DNA of 64,000 nucleotides from Dehalococcoidia bacterium. GTDB taxonomy: Bacteria > Chloroflexota > Dehalococcoidia > Plut-88900. Every line of letters begins with the position of its first letter. The stretch's first letter is position 1. Shown here piece by piece: positions 9,129 to 18,070 of this stretch. The position numbers and the translations under genes are program-made. The stretch spans positions 456,345 to 520,344 of the forward strand of contig OY764147.1 of assembly GCA_963668115.1 (NCBI GenBank), read 5' to 3'. Below the pieces are notes generated by a model. The model did no database searches. It had not been told where the DNA came from and saw only the letters and a program-made list of their open reading frames with translations.

Positions 9129-10298
9129 CTAGGAGATATTGTAGAGGCGGGCGCAGTTGTTCCAGAGGATTTCACGCTGGCTGGACTCGGGGACGCCTTC
9201 AAGGGAGAGGAAGGTCTCGATGGCGTGGGGGTAGGCGGAGTCGTTGTGGGGCCAGTCGGTGGAGATGACGAGGTTCTTGGAGCCGATGGCCTGGATGGTG
9301 TACTTGACGAGGGCCTCGTCGGGGTCTACTGAGACGAAACAGCGCTCCTGGAAATACTCGCTCGGGGGGCGGGTGAGGCCGAATCGCTCCTTGTCACCCA
9401 TCATCTCTTCGTGCTCGTCCAGGCAGTAGAGCCACCAGGGAACCCAGCTGCTGTGGCCTTCGAGGAAGGCGGCTTTGAGGGTCGGGGTCCTTTCGAGGAC
9501 GCCGCCAGCGAGCATGTTGCCGAGGGTGCACATGAGCTCTACGGGGTGGGCGACGGAGTGGCCGAGGGCGTGGTTGTCCATGTAGCGTCGGGCGAGGTGG
9601 TCCTGGTAGGCCATCTGGATTCCGTGGAAGGATACGGGAACGCCGAGGGACTGGGCGGCGTTCCAGAAGGGGTCATAGCAGGGGTCGTACCAGGGGCGTT
9701 GGCGGACAGGGTTGCTGGGGAGGACGAGGGTCACGGCGCCGAGGTTGTTGACGGCGAACTCGGCCTCCTGAATGGCGAGATTGACATCGTGCATGGGGAC
9801 TAGGGCGCCGAGCTTGAGGATGGTCGGGTCTGCGTCGCAGTAGTCACGGAGCCAGAGGTTGAAGGCACGGCAGATGGCGGCGGCGAGCTTGGGGTCCATG
9901 TCGTCGTAGCCGATGACGTGGGCGCCCATGGTGCGGAAGCAGATGGCGATGTCCAGGCCTTCCACCTTGACGGCTTCGAGCATGTGCTCGGGGCGGGAGC
10001 CTTCCTCCTCGCCAGGGCCGAGGCTGCCGGAGAGGTGCTTGTCGGGTTGATAGGTGCCTTCGGATTCCGCCTTTTGCCGGGCGATCTCGTTGCGGATATC
10101 GAGGCCGCGCTGGCGTTCGGGGAGGTCGATGAAGGCGGGGAGGGGTCTGCCGTTGCAGTGCCAGGTCTCGCCTCGGCCGTTCATGGATATCTTGCAGGGG
10201 GCGAGGTCTTTGAAGGCGGGCTCTATGTAGTCGAGCCACAGGTTGGGGGGTTCGGAGACGTGGATATCGCTGTCCATGACTTTGAAGCCGTTGTTCAT
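9129..10298 (-). CDS. Amidohydrolase-2 family metal-dependent hydrolase
   Basis: 389-aa ORF with N-terminal DSDIHVSEP metal-ligand pattern and overall amidohydrolase_2 (ACMSD-like) layout. Confidence 0.7.
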   Translation of the reverse strand: MNNGFKVMDSDIHVSEPPNLWLDYIEPAFKDLAPCKISMNGRGETWHCNGRPLPAFIDLPERQRGLDIRNEIARQKAESEGTYQPDKHLSGSLGPGEEEGSRPEHMLEAVKVEGLDIAICFRTMGAHVIGYDDMDPKLAAAICRAFNLWLRDYCDADPTILKLGALVPMHDVNLAIQEAEFAVNNLGAVTLVLPSNPVRQRPWYDPCYDPFWNAAQSLGVPVSFHGIQMAYQDHLARRYMDNHALGHSVAHPVELMCTLGNMLAGGVLERTPTLKAAFLEGHSSWVPWWLYCLDEHEEMMGDKERFGLTRPPSEYFQERCFVSVDPDEALVKYTIQAIGSKNLVISTDWPHNDSAYPHAIETFLSLEGVPESSQREILWNNCARLYNIS

Positions 10299-10331
10299 GC
10301 TTATGCTCCCGAGAATGAGAAACGGATGGCT

Positions 10332-11429
10332 CTACAGATTGTGAATCCTGGCGACGGTTGCGCCGAGGATGTTAGAGCGGGCTTCCTCGGAGAGGAAGGG
10401 GCAGTGGGCGCGGTACTGGTCGAAGCACTGGCGGTAGTTCCAGAACCGGAGGACCATGGGTATATCGGTGCCGACTATGACATGGTCGGAGCCGATGCGG
10501 TTGACGATTTCTTCGACGGTAGGCTCGACGTTTTTGAATGGGTATTGCCAGATGCCGCCGAGCTGGATGGGAAAGAGAAGCTGGAGATTGCACTTGTCGG
10601 ACTCGAAGACACGCCAGATTTCTTCGGGGAGCATGATGCGGTCGTCCTGGCGGAAGTTTCCCCAAGAGAGACCGTGGGTTAGGACAACGGGGGTGTCGGG
10701 GTGGTCCTGCATCCAGCTGTAGACGGTGTCGAGCTCCTGGAGGTAGCTGGCCGTGCCCGACTTTGCGAAGGCCTGACCCGCCCTGGGTTGAACGGTGAAG
10801 TAGACGGGGAGACCGAGGGTCGAAATGCCATGCCAGAATTCGCGCATGGGGCCGGCATTCCAGCTTTCTGCAAAGCCGCCAGTCGAGTAGGGGCGGGTGA
10901 AGAACTGGTAGCCGCACACGCCCCCGGCGTTCATCCAATGCTCGACTTCCCGGAGGGCGGCGGCGGGGTCTGAGGGGATGTCGGTTTCGGGTATGTGTAC
11001 GAGGCTCTTGATGCGGTCGGGGTGACGGGCGGCGGCCTCGGAATGGAACTTGTTGTTGCGGCCGAGGTGGGAGGCGTTGTGGAGGATGGCGATATCGACC
11101 CGGGCGTAGTCCATTTCGGCGATGAGGCGGTCGGCGGGCATTTCAAGGTTGTGGAGCAGGGGCGGGAGGTACTGCTTGGTGTAGGTCTCGCCCTGGTAAG
11201 TCCAGGTTAGCCGGTCCTTGTCCCGTCCCCAGGTGACGTCGTGGAGGGCGCCGGTTTCGGGGTCGGCGAGGACGGAGTTGTCGGCGAAGGCGCGGTCGCG
11301 GACTCGCCAGACGGGTTGGTGGTGGATGGACAGCTCCGTTTGGACAGCCCGCATTTTCTGCTCGAGTGTCGGGTACCCGGCGGGGGAGTCCATGGGCTCG
11401 AAGATGTAGGCGTGGCCGTCAATAAGCAT
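10332..11429 (-). CDS. Amidohydrolase-2 family protein (paralog)
   Basis: 365-aa ORF starting MLIDGHAYIF. Tandem with the previous amidohydrolase. Confidence 0.65.
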   Translation of the reverse strand: MLIDGHAYIFEPMDSPAGYPTLEQKMRAVQTELSIHHQPVWRVRDRAFADNSVLADPETGALHDVTWGRDKDRLTWTYQGETYTKQYLPPLLHNLEMPADRLIAEMDYARVDIAILHNASHLGRNNKFHSEAAARHPDRIKSLVHIPETDIPSDPAAALREVEHWMNAGGVCGYQFFTRPYSTGGFAESWNAGPMREFWHGISTLGLPVYFTVQPRAGQAFAKSGTASYLQELDTVYSWMQDHPDTPVVLTHGLSWGNFRQDDRIMLPEEIWRVFESDKCNLQLLFPIQLGGIWQYPFKNVEPTVEEIVNRIGSDHVIVGTDIPMVLRFWNYRQCFDQYRAHCPFLSEEARSNILGATVARIHNL

Positions 11430-11483
11430 GGTAAGTCATCCTAAGTTTAACGCGTTGCTGCCCCTTCGGAGGGGACATTATAC

Positions 11484-12710
11484 TTGACTGACACTGCCCC
11501 CCGACATGGAAGGCTGATGAGCAGAATACTTGACGGGATTCGGGTCCTGGAGATAGCCAACTGGCTGGCTGCACCGGCGTCGGCGGCCTTGCTCTGCGAT
11601 TTGGGGGCCGACGTGATCAAGGTCGAGCCGCACCGTGGAGACCCGTGGCGCGGGTACCGTCTGGGGGACCCCGAGAACTACGCCTTTGAGCAGGACAACC
11701 GTGGCAAGAGGGGGATAGCGCTGGACCTGAGCAAGCCCGGATCCCGGGAGATAGTGCACAAGATTGCAGAGAGTGTGGATGTGTTTGTGACGAACCTGCT
11801 ACCGAGGCGCAGGGAGAGGTTTGGGGTGACGTACGACGACCTGAAGGGTCTCAACTCCAGGCTGATTTACCTGTCATTCACGGGGTATGGAGAGAAGGGG
11901 CCGATGTACGACAGGCTGGGGATGGACTTCGGGGCGTTCTGGTCGAGGTCGGGGATAATGAACCTGATGGGGTGGCCTGACGAGCCGCCCATTCTTCAAC
12001 GGGGAGGCATGGGGGACCACTCAACGTCACTGGGGCTGCTGGCGGGCGTGCTTGGTGCGTTGTATCACAGGGAGAGGACGGGGGAGGGGCAGGAGATATG
12101 GGGGTCGCTGTTCGGGACGGGGGTGTGGGTTATCGGGACGGATTTGCAGAGGACGCTGGTGAGTGGTCGGGATGCAGTACGCAGGCCGTATCGTCACGAG
12201 AACCTGAGCCCGATCACGAACTGGTACCAGGCGAAGGACGGGAAGTGGCTGATTTTGGAAAATCCCAATCCCAACCCGTACTGGCAGCGGGCGTGTCGGG
12301 CGCTGGGGCTTCCAGACTTGGAGAACGTGCCGGAGTACTCGACGGTGGAGGGGTTGGAGGCTAACTGCGTGGAGTTGAATGCTCTTTTTGACAAGATATT
12401 CGCAACGAAGACCCGGGACGAATGGGCACCGCTGTTGACTGAGAACGAGGTGATATGGGCGCCGATACAGAACCTGCTAGAGGTGTCGGGGGACGCGCAG
12501 GCGGAGGCCATCGAAGCCTTTGAGACTGTGGAGCACCCGGAGTACGGGGAGTACAGAGTTATCAATTTTCCGGTGAAGTTCGGCGCGACGGATAACGGGG
12601 CCCGGGGGCCGGCGCCATTGGTCGGGCAGCATACTGAGGAGGTGCTGCTCGAGTACGGGTATTCGTGGGAGGAGATTGAGGGGTTGAAGGGGGAGGGGGT
12701 TATTCCGTAG
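11484..12710 (+). CDS. CaiB/BaiF family (class III) CoA-transferase
   Basis: N-terminal GIRVLEIANWLAAPASAALLCDLGADVIKVE motif characteristic of family III CoA-transferases. Confidence 0.85.
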   Translation: MTDTAPRHGRLMSRILDGIRVLEIANWLAAPASAALLCDLGADVIKVEPHRGDPWRGYRLGDPENYAFEQDNRGKRGIALDLSKPGSREIVHKIAESVDVFVTNLLPRRRERFGVTYDDLKGLNSRLIYLSFTGYGEKGPMYDRLGMDFGAFWSRSGIMNLMGWPDEPPILQRGGMGDHSTSLGLLAGVLGALYHRERTGEGQEIWGSLFGTGVWVIGTDLQRTLVSGRDAVRRPYRHENLSPITNWYQAKDGKWLILENPNPNPYWQRACRALGLPDLENVPEYSTVEGLEANCVELNALFDKIFATKTRDEWAPLLTENEVIWAPIQNLLEVSGDAQAEAIEAFETVEHPEYGEYRVINFPVKFGATDNGARGPAPLVGQHTEEVLLEYGYSWEEIEGLKGEGVIP

Positions 12711-12766
12711 GCCCCGCTCATGCTGAGCCTCACGGAGAATGAACAACCCCACCCAAGAATAAAATT

Positions 12767-12802
12767 GAAACATCAAAAAGGCAGGTCTTTTTTTGATGTT
12801 TC
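12767..12802. terminator. Bidirectional rho-independent terminator
   Basis: Perfect hairpin GAAACATCAAAAAG-gcaggtc-CTTTTTTTGATGTTTC with flanking T/A tracts, between convergent CaiB and hotdog genes. Confidence 0.7.
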
Positions 12803-12839
12803 TTTACCCAGGGAGGAGAGGATGGGAAGAGAAGGAGGG

Positions 12840-13274
12840 TTAGAGGAGAGCGGAGGCTTGGCCTACGATGACTTTTTTGGTGTTCTGGTCTTCGGCCCAG
12901 ATGTTGAGGCGGACGGACCGGCTATCAACTTCGGAGACTTCGGCGTGGTAGGTTAGGGTGTCGCCGTACCAGACGGGGGCGATGAACTTGGTGGTGAGGG
13001 TCCCGCCTTCTATCCAGCCCTTGGGGTCGGGGAGCCAACGGGAGATGAGGACGGAGAAGAAGGCCTCGGTGAGGACTCCCTGGGCGATGGGCTCTTGATA
13101 CATGGTCTGGGCGGCAGCTTCGCGGTCGGCGTGGAAGCTGGCTTTCCAATCGCTGCGGGCGGCGATTCTTTCGAAGAGCTCTTCGTAGGCGATGACCATC
13201 TCCTCGGTGATGGTACGGGTGAGGGTGGGGAGGGAGTCGCCCTTCTTGATGTCTATCGATGTGGCTTGGGGCAC
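12840..13274 (-). CDS. MaoC-like (hotdog fold) dehydratase subunit
   Basis: The ORF track N-terminus is spurious. Likely GTG start at 13272-13274 preceded by GGAG. Product is the C-terminal-type hotdog half (…VWYGDTLTYHAEV…). Confidence 0.65.
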   Translation of the reverse strand: MPQATSIDIKKGDSLPTLTRTITEEMVIAYEELFERIAARSDWKASFHADREAAAQTMYQEPIAQGVLTEAFFSVLISRWLPDPKGWIEGGTLTTKFIAPVWYGDTLTYHAEVSEVDSRSVRLNIWAEDQNTKKVIVGQASALL

Positions 13275-13291
13275 AGGAAATCTCCTCGGGG

Positions 13292-13765
13292 CTAGGGGGA
13301 GGGGCGGACGGTGGCCTCGCTGGGCCAGACGCTGGCGTGGTACTTTTCGGCGACGAGTTGACCGTGCTGGTTGCGACTTTCGATATTGAAGGCTACGTAC
13401 TGGTGATCTCGCTTCACCCATTTGTCTACGATCTTCATCTTGCTGGTTATGGTGTCGCCGGCGTAGACGGGGGCGATGAACTTGAAGCCGGAGCGGGAGT
13501 GGAAGGACTCGCCGGGGCGTCGGTAGCCGGCGGAGTCGAGGATGGCGATGAAGTGGGCGTAGCAGTTCACCAGTACGGGAATGGAGACGATGTCGGAGTA
13601 GCCGGCTTCTCTGGCTGATGCCGGGTCCCGGAAGACGGGGAGGTCTTCCTGGAGGAGGTCGGCGAGGCGGTCGATGAGGTCTCGGGTGACGTGGAAGACG
13701 TAGGGGGCGAACTCGAAGCCGATTTGGGCGTCTTCGTAGGTGAGGGGGGTTGGGGCGTTGTTCAT
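13292..13765 (-). CDS. MaoC-like/hotdog N-terminal-type subunit (partner of 12840-13274)
   Basis: 157-aa hotdog-fold protein located 17 nt upstream of the partner gene. This is a two-gene heteromeric hydratase arrangement. Confidence 0.65.
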   Translation of the reverse strand: MNNAPTPLTYEDAQIGFEFAPYVFHVTRDLIDRLADLLQEDLPVFRDPASAREAGYSDIVSIPVLVNCYAHFIAILDSAGYRRPGESFHSRSGFKFIAPVYAGDTITSKMKIVDKWVKRDHQYVAFNIESRNQHGQLVAEKYHASVWPSEATVRPSP

Positions 13766-13802
13766 GTTGGTTTGCTGAAGAGGTGGGGAATGATTCTTAC
13801 CT

Positions 13803-13845
13803 TCACCCTCACCCTAGCCCTCTCCCCTCAAGGGAGAGGGGACTG
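13803..13845. terminator. GC-rich hairpin, second copy of the TCACCCTCACCC..CCCTCTCC/GGAGAGGGG element
   Basis: Near-identical to 523-566. Positioned downstream of the MoaD-like gene. Confidence 0.35.
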
Positions 13846-13913
13846 GACACCCCTCCACACCCCGGAACGGACTGGAGAGGGGACTTGATTCACCCTTCGC
13901 CATGTTTGGGGGG

Positions 13914-14177
13914 TTAGCCGCCGGCGATGGCGTTTAGGAAGTGGACTTCGCTGTCTTCCCGGACTTTTTCGAGGGCACCAAGCTGGGAGACTTCGCCGTC
14001 CACGGCGACCGAGAAGATGGGTTTCAGGCGGCCGTTCTCCATGAGTCGGTCCTGCATGCCGGGGAACATTTCGTCGAGGTTCTTGACAATTTGACGAACG
14101 GTAGCCCCCTTGATTTCGACGCGGTCCTTGCCCCCGGACAGGGTGCGCATCAGGGAAGGTATGAAGACCGTGGCCAC
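13914..14177 (-). CDS. MoaD/ThiS-family ubiquitin-like sulfur-carrier protein (C-terminal GG)
   Basis: 87-aa ORF ending ..NAIAGG. GTG start 3 nt after the stop of the upstream Mo-hydroxylase large subunit. Confidence 0.65.
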   Translation of the reverse strand: MATVFIPSLMRTLSGGKDRVEIKGATVRQIVKNLDEMFPGMQDRLMENGRLKPIFSVAVDGEVSQLGALEKVREDSEVHFLNAIAGG

Positions 14178-14180
14178 GAA

Positions 14181-16460
14181 TCAGGCCTCGGAATTGCCAT
14201 TGCCAAGAGCGGCTAGGACTGCCGGAGGATTCATGGGCAGGTTTTCCATGCGGATACCCATGGCGTCGTAGATGGCGTTGGCGATGGCTGCTGGGGGAGA
14301 GATAATGCTGGCCTCTCCGACGCCGCGAACGCCGTAAGGGTGGCCGGGGTTGGCCACTTCGACGATAACGGTGTCTATCATGGGAAGGTCAAGGGAGGTG
14401 GGCATACGGTAGTCGAGGAGGGTGAAGTTGTCCATACCGCCCTCAGAGTTCATGAAGTACTCCTCGTTGATGCCCCAGCCGATGCCCTGGACGCTGCCGC
14501 CCTGCATCTGGCCCTCCACGTATGACGGGTGGACGGCTTTCCCAACGTCCTGTACACAGGTGAAGCGTAGCACGGTGACCTTTCCGGTCTCCGGGTCCAC
14601 CTCCACGTCGGCGATAGCGCCGGCGAAGGAGACACCGACGCCCTTGGGATCGACCGAGGACTTGCCGACGATGCCCCCGCCTGTGTCCCGCGAGTTGCGG
14701 GCGAGCTGTTTGAAGGTCATCGAGAGCTCGGGGTCGGACTTGGACCTAAATACACCCTTAACGAACTCGATGTTCTCTGGCTCGATGTCCCACATCATGG
14801 CTGCGCGCTGAATCATCTCGTTGACAACGTCTTTGGCGGCCTCGTGGGCGGCCCAGCCCGTGGCGAAGGTTGTGCGGCTTCCGCCGGTTAACTCGGTGTA
14901 GCCGATGGAGTCGGTGTCAACGACGGTAGGGTTCACGTCCTCGGCGGGGATGCAGAGGACCTCGGCGGCCTGCATGGCGACGGAGGCGCGGGTGCCGCCG
15001 ATGTCGGTAGAGCCAGTCAGAAGGTTAATTGTGCCGTCATGGTTTACGCTAATGGAGCAAGCGGACTTCCACCCAATGTTCCTCCAGAATCCAACCGCAA
15101 CGCCGCGACCCCGGTACGGCCCTTCGAGCTTGGAGGTGTAGTGGGGATGGGACTTCATAGCATCTAAGACTTCGGTGCTGCCAACGACCCCGAATGGCGT
15201 ACCGTCGGCTCGCCGAGTGCCTTCTTTGGAGGAGTTGAGCATTCGGAAGTCCAAGGGGTCCATGCCAACATTTTCGGCGAGCATGTCTACGACGGTCTCG
15301 GCGGCGAAGCCGGCATTTGTAGCACCGGGGGCCCTGTAAGCGGCGGTCTTGGGCTTGTTCACGACAACGTCGTAGCCGTCAATGAGCACATTGGGGATGT
15401 TGTAGCAGGCGAATATACCGGTTGCGCCCGCAGCCACCGGGGAGCCGGGGAAGGCACCGGCCTCGTAGGCCATGTGGGCTTGGGCAGCGACAATCTTGCC
15501 GTCCCTAGTGGCGCCCATCTTTATCTTTATGTGGGAACCGGGGGTGGGACCTGTGCCCTCGAAGACTTCTTTTCGGGACATTTGCATCTTGACAGGTCGG
15601 CCAGTCTTTTTGGATAGGACCGCGGCCACCGGCTCCAAGTAGATGGGAATCTTGCCGCCGAAACCTCCGCCAATCTCCATGGGGGTAACCCTTATCTTGG
15701 AAACGGGTATGCCCAAGATCTGGGACAGGGAGTTCCTGACGGGAAACGCACCCTGAGTGCTGGTCCAGACGTGGACCCGTCCGTCGCTATTCCAGAAGGC
15801 TGCGGCGTTCTGGGGCTCAATGTATCCCTGGTGAACGGTAGCGGTGTCGAAGTCTTTTTCTATGATGAAGTCGGCGTCTCTGAAGCCTTCATCGATATCG
15901 CCGAGGACCTGCTGTAAATGGGTGGCAACATTACTGGGTTCCGTTCCCTGGGTACCGGACTCGTCCGTACGCATTTCCTCGTGGAGGACCGGCGCGTTGG
16001 GGGCCATGCCCTGGGGTGCGCTGGTGACTGGAGGAAGGACCTCGTAATCGACTTCAATGAGGGCGATGGCCTCTTCGGCGACGTGATCGTTGACTGCGGC
16101 GACGGCGGCGATGGCGTGACCGACGTAAAGAGCTTTATCCCCAGCGAGGATATTGTTGCTCTGGTAACGTCTTGACGTTCTTTCGGCGTATGTGTTGGGG
16201 AAGTCGCTGGAAGTTGCTACGGCGCGGACACCTTCGAGGGCTTCGGCCTTGGAGGTGTCGATAGACTTGATGCGGGCATGCGCATGAGGGCTTCGCAGGA
16301 CTTTGCCGTAAAGGAGGTCTGCGCTCTGGAAGTCGGCCCCGTAGCGGGCCCTGCCCGTGACCTTGTCAGCGCCGTCATGGCGGATAGGCCGGGTGCCGAC
16401 AACATCGAATTCCTGATTCACGAGGACGACGTTGGAGTCGGTGCCCTGCCTGGTTGTCAA
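14181..16460 (-). CDS. Xanthine dehydrogenase/CO dehydrogenase-family molybdopterin-binding large subunit (CoxL-like)
   Basis: N-terminal VGTRPIRHDGADKVTGRARYGADF motif. Likely TTG start 16458-16460 after AGGAGG. About 760 aa. Confidence 0.85.
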   Translation of the reverse strand: MTTRQGTDSNVVLVNQEFDVVGTRPIRHDGADKVTGRARYGADFQSADLLYGKVLRSPHAHARIKSIDTSKAEALEGVRAVATSSDFPNTYAERTSRRYQSNNILAGDKALYVGHAIAAVAAVNDHVAEEAIALIEVDYEVLPPVTSAPQGMAPNAPVLHEEMRTDESGTQGTEPSNVATHLQQVLGDIDEGFRDADFIIEKDFDTATVHQGYIEPQNAAAFWNSDGRVHVWTSTQGAFPVRNSLSQILGIPVSKIRVTPMEIGGGFGGKIPIYLEPVAAVLSKKTGRPVKMQMSRKEVFEGTGPTPGSHIKIKMGATRDGKIVAAQAHMAYEAGAFPGSPVAAGATGIFACYNIPNVLIDGYDVVVNKPKTAAYRAPGATNAGFAAETVVDMLAENVGMDPLDFRMLNSSKEGTRRADGTPFGVVGSTEVLDAMKSHPHYTSKLEGPYRGRGVAVGFWRNIGWKSACSISVNHDGTINLLTGSTDIGGTRASVAMQAAEVLCIPAEDVNPTVVDTDSIGYTELTGGSRTTFATGWAAHEAAKDVVNEMIQRAAMMWDIEPENIEFVKGVFRSKSDPELSMTFKQLARNSRDTGGGIVGKSSVDPKGVGVSFAGAIADVEVDPETGKVTVLRFTCVQDVGKAVHPSYVEGQMQGGSVQGIGWGINEEYFMNSEGGMDNFTLLDYRMPTSLDLPMIDTVIVEVANPGHPYGVRGVGEASIISPPAAIANAIYDAMGIRMENLPMNPPAVLAALGNGNSEA

Positions 16461-16942
16461 CTCTTGACCTCCTGCATCTTCTGGGCGGCATCCATCACGG
16501 CCCGGACGATCTTGTCGTAGCCGGTGCAGCGGCACAGGTTGTTGGCGAGCCAGAAGCGAATGCGGTCCTCGGAGGGGTCGGGCTCCCGTTCGAGGAGGGC
16601 CTTGGCTGCGACAATGAATCCGGGGGTGCAGATACCGCACTGGAGGGCGGCGTTTTCGAGGAAGGCCTGCTGGATGGGGTGGAGGTCATTGCCTTCGGCG
16701 ACGCCTTCGATGGTCTCGATGTTGCTGCCTTCGGCTTCGACGGCGAGGACGAGGCAGGAGGTAACGATGCGGCCGTCCATATTGACGGTGCAGGCACCAC
16801 AGTTGCCGTCATTGCAGCCTTCTTTGGAGCCGGTCAGGCCAATGACGTCACGCAGGCTTTCGAGGAGGCTTTGTCGGGGTTCGCAGAGGAACTCGACGTT
16901 TTCACCGTTGATGGTTGTCTGTACGTAAGTTTTCCTGGGCAT
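16457..16942 (-). CDS. (2Fe-2S)-binding small subunit (CoxS-like)
   Basis: 161-aa ORF with CNDGNCGACTV and CGICTPG..CRCTGY cysteine motifs. Confidence 0.9.
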   Translation of the reverse strand: MPRKTYVQTTINGENVEFLCEPRQSLLESLRDVIGLTGSKEGCNDGNCGACTVNMDGRIVTSCLVLAVEAEGSNIETIEGVAEGNDLHPIQQAFLENAALQCGICTPGFIVAAKALLEREPDPSEDRIRFWLANNLCRCTGYDKIVRAVMDAAQKMQEVKS

Positions 16943-17860
16943 CTAAGACGCCTCCTTGGCCCGCTCGATGGCGGTGTTTAGTGCTCTACGGGTCAGAACT
17001 TCGCAGAGGTGGGTACGGAACTCGATGGTTCCTCTCATGTCGGTGATGGGCTTGGCGGCTGCCTGGGCGAGGCCCGAGGCTTTTCGGATAGCTTCGTCGC
17101 TGATGGCCTGGCCGGCGAGGGCGTCGCCCGCCTCTGTGACGAAGAGGGGGGTGGGTGCGACGGAGGCGAGGGAGACTCGGGCGGACTTTATGGTGTCGCC
17201 ATCCAGTTCCACTGAAACGCCAGCGCCGACGACGGCGATGTCCATCTCGTTGCGGGGGATGAAGCGGATGTACCGAGCGCCCGAGTTGGCCGCCGGGGCG
17301 GGGACGCTGACGGAGACCAGGAGCTCATCTGCCCCGAGGATGGTCTGTCCGGGCCTCGTGCATACGTCCTCAACGGGGACGCTGCGGGTGCCCTTAGGTC
17401 CGGCGATGTTGGCCGTAGCGCCATAGGCGATTAGGGCGGGTATGGAGTCGGCGCTGGGGGCGGCGTTGCAGAGGTTACCGCCCACGGAGGCCCGGCCCTG
17501 TATCTGGATGCCTCCGATGATGGAGGTGCAGTCCACGAGGGCTGCGTAGTGTTCTTTAACGGCGGCGTCTTCGTAGATTTTGTAGCACTCCACTGCAGCG
17601 CCGATAGTCAGTCCCGAGGAAGCGTCATACGAGAGCTCGTTGAGCTCAGGGATAGACTTGACGTTCAGCAGGATGTCGGGCTGGCGACGCCTAGCGCGAA
17701 GCTGGACGAGGATGTCGGTGCCACCGGCGAGGGCGCGGGTGCGGTCGCCGTCCTTGGCGAGGATATCCAGTGCCTCGCTAAGGGACGTGGGGCTAGCGTA
17801 ATCGATCCATTTCAATGGCGGGCCTCTTTTCCCTCTCCAACGAGAGACAGATTGAGTCAT
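16943..17860 (-). CDS. FAD-binding medium subunit (CoxM-like) of molybdenum hydroxylase
   Basis: FAD-binding PCMH-type domain (…LAGGTDILVQL…). The start may instead be TTG at 17815. Confidence 0.8.
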   Translation of the reverse strand: MTQSVSRWRGKRGPPLKWIDYASPTSLSEALDILAKDGDRTRALAGGTDILVQLRARRRQPDILLNVKSIPELNELSYDASSGLTIGAAVECYKIYEDAAVKEHYAALVDCTSIIGGIQIQGRASVGGNLCNAAPSADSIPALIAYGATANIAGPKGTRSVPVEDVCTRPGQTILGADELLVSVSVPAPAANSGARYIRFIPRNEMDIAVVGAGVSVELDGDTIKSARVSLASVAPTPLFVTEAGDALAGQAISDEAIRKASGLAQAAAKPITDMRGTIEFRTHLCEVLTRRALNTAIERAKEAS

Positions 17861-18070
17861 TGGCTGAGGGCCACGGGGTAACTTCTAAAGGAAGCCGTTC
17901 CAAGATAACGATAGGCCCATGTTGTGTCAAGCCTGTTCGATGAAGGGAAGCGGGCTTCAAAAGGGTGTCGGGGGGTACAAGAGGAGATGAAATACTGGGC
18001 CGTATCACGCCTATTTGTTGAAAGGGGGGTAGTCGGGTGTTAGTATTCATCGTCTATAGCTATGTGAAGT

